From Spirogloea muscicola (Eukaryota), in NCBI GenBank assembly GCA_009602725.1, contig WELB01000025.1:911853-959871 (forward strand): DNA of 48,019 nt, in the 5' to 3' direction. Every line of letters starts with the position of its first letter. The stretch's first letter is position 1. Below, piece by piece: positions 36,651-46,149 of this stretch. The position numbers and the translations under genes were made by a program. Under the pieces are notes generated by a model. The model was not told the origin of the DNA. It saw nothing but the letters and a program-made list of their open reading frames with translations, and made no database searches.

Positions 36651-37559
36651 CCCGAAGCGCATCCGCGCGGGAGGAAAGCCTCACGGGATTTGCGAATGCG
36701 GGGCCGCCGAAGGGGACGCGCAACAAGGGGCCTCGGGCGCCTTTCGGCCGTCGCCTGTCAGTACGCGATCGGGCGGTCCGCATTGGCTGGCGAAGTCGTC
36801 ACCTTCTGGCGGGCGCCCCTGGCTTTTTGGCGGATGCTGCTTAGGTGGCGTTACCACGTGACGCCAAAAGGTGGCCACCGCACGAGCAGCGCCCACAGGT
36901 GACATTCTGCAGCTGCTCCTCTGCTTCTACAGGCTGCCAGGCGCCGGCTCAGGCCCGCTCCGCTTAACAGAGAGATGGGTCGCCAACAGAAATCACCGCA
37001 AAAGCTGCAGCCAGGTAACACATGCCAACCTTCTGTGGTCTTGTCAGGCTGGGCTGCTTCGGCGTGCCATACAATGAAAGCCGTGGCCGACAAAGCACGT
37101 CATAATGCGCGCTTGATCCAAGCCGTGGCCGTCGATAGGACGTCATCCGCCTCTTCGGCAGCTGCCTCCTTGTTTTGGCCCGTCCAGCCGCCACGGCATT
37201 GGCCCGGGGCGCCACGTGATGGTTGTCTCGGCCAGTGCTGGTGGCAGCTGTGCCACGTGTTTTTCACACTAGGTGCACCTGCCGCGGACGGCTGTTTCCT
37301 TGTGCTCACAGCCGTTGCTGTCAATTTGGAAGAAGTTGTTTTTCTTTTCGTGCCCTGGCCCTTTTCTCCAGCCCCTTTTCTTTAGGCTGGTGCCCACTAC
37401 TACTGGAGACGCCATTCTCATGCTCATGATGCCTCGCCCCCTTAGCTTCTCTAGTTCTTCATGCGTTTATATGTGACAGGTTATCGACGGCTCACTTGGC
37501 AAGCCCCCTTGCTGTGTTGTTGGATGCTTTGCCCCAGCCCCAGCGGCATCCTCCCTACA

Positions 37560-37705
37560 GAAGAAAGTGCTCGCCCATTGAGAATAGGGGCTGGAAAAGC
37601 CAGCCCAAAAAAGAATGAACAGAGTACGAGAAGGGGGCCAGGGGAAGCGCTAAGAAAAACAAGCACACAGAGAAACAAAGCAGCTACGAATCACTCAGTA
37701 ACCTC
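37560..37705 (-). mobile_element. 5'-truncated non-LTR retrotransposon 3' end
   Basis: Minus strand: ggttactgagtgattcgtagctgc...ttcattcttttttgggctggcttttccagcccctattctcaatgggcgagcactttcttct. Related sequence occurs at 38990-39055, 39770-39885 and 42675-42825. Confidence 0.75.
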
Positions 37706-38029
37706 CATACAGGACGCACAAAGTCTCTGCAAACCCTCATGAAGCCCATTATTACATACCGCATTCTCGGCTGAGCCTGGTGCTTACGCCCACTTTTGCT
37801 TCTTGCAGTCTATCCACCCTAGTTAGCACTCAATTTTTGGGGCTAAATAAGACATATGTCAAGCTCAACCAAAGTGGGGCGATGGTAATCACACAGACGG
37901 TCAGAACAGAAAGAAATAGACAAGTCAAGTCCTCATATCGAACCCAGCGAATAGAGCATTTTCCAAAAGCAGGGCGATGGCTGTGAATGGCCTGCCCGAA
38001 GAAGAATGGAAAATGTTCGCCGGGGCGGA

Positions 38030-38520
38030 AAGAAAGCGCGGCCAGATTGACTGGTGGCTGGGAAAGGCCAGCCCAAAGGAATGGACAATGTCTGACGAAA
38101 CCGGAGTGCGAAGGACTAGGAAAGAGACATCAGCCAGGGGACACTCATTAACCTCTAGTCAGGAGATGCAAGTCTGAGTAGCTAGCCGGCGGAAAGACGT
38201 CGCCCTGATGGAAGCCGAAGGCCGCCGCCAAAGCTCGGCCTGCGCGCAAGTGAACCACGAAGGCAAGGGACCGCTGCATCGAGACGGCCAAACGCATGCG
38301 GAAAACTTGAGCGAGGGACCCGGCGACGTTGAAGCCGGGCTGCTCGCCCCGCTGCCCGAGGCGGCGGGCCGCTGCACGCCGTGCGAGGCGGTGGAGCAAG
38401 TCAAGCCATTTCGAGCCAAATGCTCCGTGCACGTCGACTGCCAGTGGAACGAATTCGTCCCCCGCCGGGTGATCCGAGCCCAAAGCAGAGGACAAGGTCA
38501 GAAGGGCCGGATGACGCAAG
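38030..38520 (-). mobile_element. 3' fragment of CRE-like element (restriction-like endonuclease C-terminus + 3'UTR)
   Basis: DHPAGDEFVPLAVDVHGAFG..LAQVFRMRLAVSMQR..SYSDLHLLTRG*, followed by a 3'UTR hairpin at 38035-38090. Confidence 0.85.
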
Positions 38521-38984
38521 GAGCAAGATACTAATAGCTAAGACGTCAGCAAGTAGAAATACAGGAACGAAGAAGTGAAACAGAGAACCAAAGTCCCACA
38601 GGCGGGGAAGCAATGGAATCACACATTCACGGAAAGGTGATGAACAAGCTCGTCCAAGGGGCGAGGGCTGGGAAAATTGTCGAAACACTTTGCCTTCCCG
38701 AAGAGAAAGCGCGGCCAAAAGGGGGTGAATGGCCAGCCCGATGACTAAAGCGCCCATGCATGCGCTGACGATGTGTCTCCTCCCTAACCGTAATAACCTA
38801 TACCTGTAACAAATGCTGTGGATCGCCAAGCCCGGGCTGCCGGCAGCGCAAGGAAGAGCGGGGAGGCATTGGGATGGGGCTGCAACGGTAAAAGTGAGCA
38901 ACGGTTACTGCAGGGGCAAGAAGAATTCCGTCCAGGGGTTCGAGGTTTGGTGAAGAACACACCACCCCGTCTCCCATCTCGGGT

Positions 38985-39240
38985 GCCGCTGATGTGGCTG
39001 CTTAGCAGGGGTTACTGAGTGATTCGTAGCTGCTTTGTTTCTGTGTGTGCTTGTTATTCACAACCTCCTTCGCGATGCCCTGGCGGGCTTGATGCGCGAC
39101 GCCGGCTACCGTGCGGTCGTGGAAGTCAACAAAGTCATGCCTATTCATATAGCCCGGCGGACTGCAAGCCCGGCGCCCGTGGAAAATTTTGGCACCCAGT
39201 CTTTCGTTGACGTCTACGACCTGTCGACGGCTATCAACGG
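38985..39240 (+). mobile_element. Mosaic of CRE-like fragments
   Basis: LMWLLSRGY* plus the start of a 3'UTR, fused to HNLLRDALAGLMRDAGYRAVVE (region following the zinc knuckle, before the endonuclease core). Confidence 0.65.
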
Positions 39241-40289
39241 GCTACCAGCGACAATCTACCCCATCCATCGGCCACTACCGCCATACTTACGGTCCCCCGT
39301 CACTAGCAGCTGACGGTCACTACCCCCAGGCTGTCGTGAGCCCGTCTGACGTTCCCGTCAACACTAATGGCTAACAACGCCGTCAAGGCAGTCTACAGCG
39401 CTGCCGCCTCCCGTCGTCATTCCAGCGCCAGCCAGCACCGTGCTGTCTCGCGCGTCACGACTCCGGGTTGCGCCGCTCTCAGTTCTAGGTTGAACTGACG
39501 CTGCCCAGCTTGGTGAAACTGTCCGTCTCCAGGCATCTGTCAAGCCTTTCCTGCGGCACTGACAGTCAAATTATCCATCAGCCGGATGAGGTGTCTGGTC
39601 AGGCATCTGTCAATACCATACTGCCGTATTGACATTCCAACCATGTTAAATTTGTTACAATACCCGTAAAACTTTTGGTAGGCGCGGCGCTTTGGATTGG
39701 CGGGGTTTTGGCCACGTGCCGGATTTCAATGACCCCACGTTCCCCCTTCGCCCCTGCCGACGGAGCCCTCTTTCTGTGCTTATATATCTTAGCGCTTCCC
39801 CTGGCCCCTTCTCGTACTTTGTTTTCATTCATTTTTGGGCTGGCTTTTCCAGCCCCTATCCTCAACGGGCGAGCCCTTCTTCTTTCTGAGCTGGCTTTGC
39901 CAGCCCAGAGTGGTTTTGCGATAGCGCTTCTGGCCCCTTCGTAGATTTGGCCCCTTTGAACCTTGTCAATTCGTTTGGGGCTGCCTTTTCACCAGCCCTT
40001 GCCCTTATTGGGAGAGCCACTTCGTCTGCTCACTAGCGCAGGTATACCGCATGCGGCTGGCGGTCTCGTTTTAGCGCTCCTTGGCTCACGCAGTCCACAC
40101 GCAAGCAGGCCGCGCTATGGCTTGCTGCATCTATGTCTCGGCGGAGTGCCTCTTTCCCAGCTGCGAGTTACTCAGACTTGCTGTTGCTCACTCGTGGGCA
40201 CTGAGCTTCAACATGCATCATCTCGTGTCTGCTTGTGTAGTTACTCTTTTTGGCACCTTCTTGGGCCTTTGAATATTGTCCAAAAGAAA

Positions 40290-42865
40290 GAATGAGCTCG
40301 CCCATAGAAGAGAGGGGCTGGCAGAGGCCAGCCAAAAAAGAATGGACAATATCCAAAGAGCTCCAACAGGTGCCGGAAAGAAGGGAAACACACTAGCTAG
40401 GCATCTAGACAACTAGACATGACGGAACCACACGAAGTTCAATACCCGCGGGTGAACAACATCAGGTCAGCCAAAAGGGGCTTTGCCAGCCCCTCTTCTC
40501 TCTGAGCGAGCACTTTAGACGAGGATTACCTCGTCTAAAGGGGACGGCCGGTCACGGCCGTTGCCTTACACTTTTTCGTGCACGTTACATCATGTGCACC
40601 CGACGCCATTTGTGGCACGGCTGTCAGGTGTGATCCCCTAACCACAGGGTGACTGCAGATTGCGTAGACTCCGCTAAGCCCGTCAAGTCGACGACGCTCG
40701 CCGGGCACGCGGTCGCGTTGGCGGCTCGGTGTAAGAAGAAGTGGCACTCCCAATGGGGGCAAGGGCTGCGAAAAGCCAGCCCATTAAATATTGACAAAGG
40801 TTCGGAGGGGCCTACATGCGTGCAGCGGCTACGAAGAAAAAATTCCGTGTCTTAGAAAGAAATGTAGGCCAAATGGCCAAGTACGAAGGCAAGCACATCT
40901 GAAGATCTACATAACCTTCAGCAGCTTGACCCGCTCAGTAAACACGGGTCAAAACATAAAGGTCACTAATCGATGCATGAATACTAGATGCCAGAAACGG
41001 AGCCCTTCTGCCACCAACTAGAGCTCGCCCAGCTTTCTGGTGCAAGGCATTAGCCTGAGCACGCTGCAAACAGGCCGAAACTCGTCGTCGCAAGAGCGAC
41101 AGATATGCAGCTGGTGAGCCCATCTCAGCCACAAACACATCTGCACAAGGGGCCTGAAGTAAGTAGCGCAAGTACTGTGACCACCCTCCAGGCGACGACT
41201 TCGCGGCCCTGGCCATTGACGTTCACGGGGCGTTCAGCAGCGGCTGGTTGGATCTCCTCCACCGGCTTGCCCGGCAGGGCCATCGAGCGGCGGCCGGGTT
41301 CACCAGGCTTCAATGCTGCCGGCTCCCTCGCTCAGGTATTTCGAATGATACTGGCGGTCTCGGTCCAGCGTTCCTTGGCTCATGCGGTCCACACGTGCGC
41401 TGGCCGCGTCATGGCGGATGAGCTCGCCCATAGAAGAGAGGGGCTGGCAGAAGCCAGCCAAAAAAAGAATGGACAAAAGCCAAAGAGCTACAGGAGAATT
41501 ACTCAGTAACCCCTGCTAAGCAGCCACAGGTCGGAGATGCTAGGCTCGTGGAAGTGGGTCCCCTGGCCAGAGCCAGAGGCAGCAGCGAGGGCTCTGCCGG
41601 CACGACGGTGCAACGCCCGGGCCATAGACCGCTGCAGCGAGACGGCCAGGCGCATTCGATACACTTGCGCCAGCGACCCGACCGCAAGAAAGTCGACCCG
41701 CTCCCCATGGAAGCGACGGGCGATGGTGTGGCGGGCGAGCTGGGTGAGCAGCTCGAGCCACCGAGCGCCCAGCGCCCCATGGGTATCAATGGCCAACGGG
41801 AAGAACTCGTCTTCCCGCGGGTGGTCAGCGTACTTCAGCTCTTTGGCCCGAGCAGCGCAGGCGACCGCATACCCAGCCTTGGTGGCACATTGAGCTGGGT
41901 GTGAGCGGTCGTAGCGGCTATGGCCGCTGCCTCAGGGTCTCTGCAGAGTGCTGCTTTTCCTGCTTCGAGTTATTCGAAGAGAAGCGCGGCCAGATTGACT
42001 GGTGGCTGGGAAAGGCCAGCCCAAAGGAATGGACAAGGTCTGAGGGAGCCTGAGTGCGAACGACTATTCTGATTGGCTGTTGCTTACAGTGGATGCTGAG
42101 CATCCATCTGCATCATTTTGTGTCTTGGTGTGTAGTCTTGTCTTACCGGGCATTGTTTTGTGGCTTTCGAGGCCTGTGGTCATTGTCCATTCTTTTCTGG
42201 GCTGGCTTTGCGCGAGGGCTGTGAAAACAAAGCGCGGCCACATGAACTAGTGGCTGGGAGGGGCCAGCTCAAAGGGATGAGCTCGCCCATAGAAGAGAGG
42301 GGCTGGCAGAAGCCAGCCAAAAAAGAATGGACAAAATCCAAAAGAAGGGAAACACACTAGCTAGGCATCGAGACAACTAGACATGATGGAACCACACGAA
42401 GTTCAAAACCCGCGCGCGAGCTCATTCTTTGCTGGCCCCTCTTTTTCTATGGGCGAGCCATCTTTGCCCCCGTTGAGAGATCCACTTCTTCTTTCCGACC
42501 TGCGGCTGCTTAGCAGGGGTTTCTGGGTGATTCTCCTGAAGCTCTTTGGATTTTGTCCATTCTTTTTTGGCTGGCTTCTGCCAGCCCCTCTCTTCTATGG
42601 GCGAGCTCATTCTCCTTTTCGATTCAGTCTCTTGCTTTTGCGCCATCTGGCCCCTCCAGACCTTGTCCATTTTTTACTGAGTGATTTGTAGCTGCTTTCT
42701 TTCTTTGTCTGCTTTGGTTTCTTAGCGCTTCCTCTGGCTTCCTCTGGCCCCCTTCTCGTTCTTTGTTCATTCTTTTTTGGGCTGGCTTGTCCAGCCCCTA
42801 TCCTCAATAGGCGAGCCCTTTCTTCTCTTTTGGGCTGGCCTCTCACAGCCACCAGTCAATCTGGA
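40290..42865. mobile_element. Pile-up of nested, 5'-truncated CRE-like fragments in both orientations
   Basis: 40290-40470 (-); 40738-41150 (-, RVSACLQRAQA..SDLYVLTRVY*); 41160-41418 (+, KYCDHPPGDDF.LAIDVHGA); 41418-41915 (-, KELKYADHPREDEFFPLAIDTHGALG..SDLWLLSRGY*). Tails at 41985-42045, 42277-42415, 42497-42610 and 42655-42865. Confidence 0.85.
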
Positions 42866-42869
42866 AACG

Positions 42870-45800
42870 CTGTTGTTTTCAAAGAGCTCACTCCTTCCAC
42901 TTTGTTTCCACTGCTCCATTTAAGTATCAGCAGCCGTATTCTCCCAGCGAATACCCCGCCAAAACCGCGGGCCGCCGCCAGGCCTCTGGGCGCGCGCCTG
43001 GCGGCCAGGGCGGCCGCCGCGGCTGCGTCCTCGCCTCTGCTCCTCTCTCCCCTCCACAACCTCTCTCTCCTCTCCGGCTTCTCACAGCCGCTCTTGTAGC
43101 ACCAGCAGCCGCCTCCTTCTCGGCACCGCCGCCTCCGCTGCCGCCCTTCCGTCCACCGGCCCTCGCCTCCGTTGTCGCGGCCCACCAAGGTCGCCGTGGC
43201 CTGGCCCAGAACGAGAACATAAACCCCTGCGTTGGCTCCATGACGGAGCGGAGCCGGCACGGCATGCAGCTTCAGCGGATATTATCCGCGGCGGCCATGG
43301 GAGGACTGTCCCGCCGAGGCCAGCGTAGACCGGCCGCCATCATTGGCAGTGGGCTGCGGCCTCGAACCGGCCGCGGTCCGCAGGCAGGTGGCGCATCTCC
43401 TCCTGCGCCATGTTCGCCATTGGACGCGCCCTCGCCCGGGGATGATGGAGCTCCTGGCGCACCGTGACGCCGCAGTGGCAGCGGCTGCACCCAGTCGTCA
43501 TGCCTCGCGCATGACGCCGACGCCTTACAGGGCAGCAGCAGCTTTGCCTGCTCTTCGCTTCGGGCACGCCGGCGAGCTCTCACGGGCTGTGCAAGCACTG
43601 GGCGACTCCTCGCTGCTGCCTGCGGTATCTGCAAGAAGACGAGCCCTGGAAGCCCTCCATCGCCATGCACCCCCCTGGCTGCCCTCCTTTGAGATGCAAG
43701 AGGAAGTGGTCCTTGATGCTCCTGCCCTCTGCACGGCACTCCAGAACCACTGGCGCGCAGCCGTAGGCGGCCCCTCCCACATGCCTACGGAGCAATAGCG
43801 TTGCTTAGACGGAGAGGACTCGAACATCCAAGCACTGCTCAATGTGTGTCAAGCTCGTCGCGAACGACAAGGTGCTATCAGCCACGCGCAAGGTGCTCTG
43901 CCCTAACAAAATGCTCGCCATTGACAAGACCAACGGCGGAGTCCATCCTATTGCCGTATGCTGACTGTTGTGCCGCCTGGTGGCGTGCACGCCGTGGCAG
44001 CAACATCTGGGGCAGGCGCAGGCCCACCTTGCACCCCACAAGTATGGCGCCGGGCTGAGAAGCGGCTGTGAAGCTGTGGTCCACGGAGTTCGAGCGAGCT
44101 TGGACCTGCACCCAATCTGGATGGTCTTGGCGGTTGACGTGCGAGACGCTCTTAACAGTGTAGAATGCAGCGCCCCAATCAAGGAGCTGCAGAACACCTT
44201 CCCTTCCCTCCTGCCCCTTTTTCGCCTCGGCTTTGACCAGGCCAGAGCCTCCTTTGGCGGACAGGGAGCAGCAAGGTGGAGATACTGCAGTTTCAGACGG
44301 GCACTCGCAGGGGGATCCTATGGCGGGGTGTTTCTCGCGCTGGCTCACACCCGCGCTTTAAAGGCCACTGCCGCGGGGCACTTGGCCGTCCTTATTTCAG
44401 TGTATGCAGACAATACCACAATGCTGGCAGCCTGGAGAACGTGTTGGCGGCCACCGCCACCCTCCAGCAGCAGCTGGCCGCCCTCAGCTTGTCCTTCCAG
44501 ACTCCTCCGGCTGGCCTCACCGTCTTGGCCCCCCCCCCCCCCCCCCCCCCCCCCCCACGGAACACCATCTTTTGTCGAGGAGCAGCTGCGAGCCCGGCTA
44601 CAGGAGCACCTCCGGCCGGCTCTCCCCATCGCCGAGCTGCAGGACATGCAGCTGGCACTGGCCATGCTCACCAAGGGCATACTGCAGTGTCCCCTCTACC
44701 TCGCGCGGGCTACCCTCTCCCAAGAGGTGATGGCGCCTATGCGACGTTCGACACGCACGTTCTGGAGAGCGTGGCGACCTTTATCCGCCACAAGGGCTTC
44801 CTTACCTCTCCAGCTGCCCCTCGGTCATGGTGGCCTCGACTGCCATTCGCTTGCCCGCGCCTGCAGGCCGGCGTACCTGGGAAGCTGGGCGCAGGTTGCT
44901 GGGTCAGAGTCACAGTGCTTCCTTCTCAATGGGCGGCGTGGGTCGGAGCTGGCGCAGCGGAAGTGGAGACCGGCTCGCTGGCGTTGCAAGTGGCGTTATG
45001 CGCGGCCCACCAAGTGCTGCTTGAAGAGCACCCGACCCTGGCAGGGAGCGCGGTTCTCTCTGCGCATGTTGCGCACGCTGCCGACTTGCGGGCACAAGTG
45101 CGCTGTGTGGCCGATCTTGACAAGGCGGCCTTCGCGACCTCGTTGCCTCTACTCCCAAAGATGGACATTCGCGGGCATGCCCGGCTGCAATCGGCATCCT
45201 CACCTGGCGGGGCAACCTCGCTCGCGGCTCTTTCACTGTACAATGCTCTGCGGATGCCAGACGAGATCTTTAGCACGGCCGTCCAACACCTCCTGGGCCT
45301 TCCTCTGGAATGTCTTTTCATAGTGCTGCAGTGGGAATATGGTTAACAGGCGGTAGATCCATCAGAACTGGGGGCTCACGTCCTCTGTTGCTCACGACCT
45401 CCTCAGGAATGCATTGTCTGGCATTTATATTGGATGCGGGGTACACATTGGCCATTGAAAACACGTCCATCATGTCCATCCTGCAGAGGGCTGACGGACT
45501 TCATGCGCGGAGGGTCGACCTGATGGCCACCATGCGGGGGCGGGGGCCCGCGCATCATTGCTGACGTGGTCACCGCAGATGTGGTTGACCGCTCCAATCT
45601 GGGGCTCTCTGCTTCGAGGCTGGGCATGCAGCAGCAAACGCCGCTCATGGCAAAGCGGCCACGTACACGGACTATCCAGACGGGGACAACTTCGATGTAT
45701 GCATATTGATGTGCACAGGGCTTGTGGGTGTCAGTGGCTAGACCTTGCGCCATGTCGTCCTCTTCTTCCGAGCGATGTAAGGCAAGGCTAGTGCATTTCA

Positions 45801-45900
45801 CTTGTAGCAGCATAGGGCATGCGTTGCGTCGCCGTTGGACACGGTTAAGCGCATGCTATTGTCAACCTGCTTTGGCGCACACAGTTTGCAAGCGAAGCGT
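42870..45900 (+). mobile_element. Near full-length decayed CRE/NeSL-type non-LTR retrotransposon (RT + restriction-like endonuclease)
   Basis: GELSRAVQAL..ALEALH..AAVGGPS; GGVHPIAVC; LAPHKYGAGLRSGCEAVVHGVR..VLAVDVRDALNSV (RT, cf. D..NAFNS); FQTGTRRG; VYADNT; GTPSFVEEQL; LQLPLGHGGL; LRMPDEIFSTAVQHLLGLP; RRVDL..IADV..IDVHRA. Many frameshifts are present. Confidence 0.85.
44529..44556. repeat. Poly-C run (28 nt) inside the CRE-like RT
   Basis: Directly visible; it interrupts the GLTVL-..-GTPSFV motif. Confidence 0.9.
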
Positions 45901-46149
45901 TTTAGTCCTGCCGCCGCTGATCAACGTGGCGAGACAAACTGGCATACATTGTACATGCCCTTCGTACAAGGCTTCCTTGGTTGCCATGGTATTTTATGAG
46001 GGAGGCTCAAAAGGGACAATGTAAGGTGGCATCCTGAAGAGAATTTTCCACTCTATTCAAGAGGTGGGTGATTGGACCATTGCCTTGTTCCATTGTGAAG
46101 AAATGGGATGGCATCAACCTTCGAGTTCTGCAGATTTAGAAGGGATAGA

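Noticed and set aside
36855..37259. Three CACGTG G-boxes upstream of family copy 2
   Set aside because: Short motifs in GC-rich DNA next to a pseudogene; not supportable without expression data.
18335..42865. Recurrent hairpin module as CRISPR repeats, bacterial terminators or HDV-like ribozymes
   Set aside because: The context is eukaryotic, spacing and orientation are irregular, and there are no cas genes. I could not build the HDV P1 pairing. The modules follow retrotransposon ORF stops.
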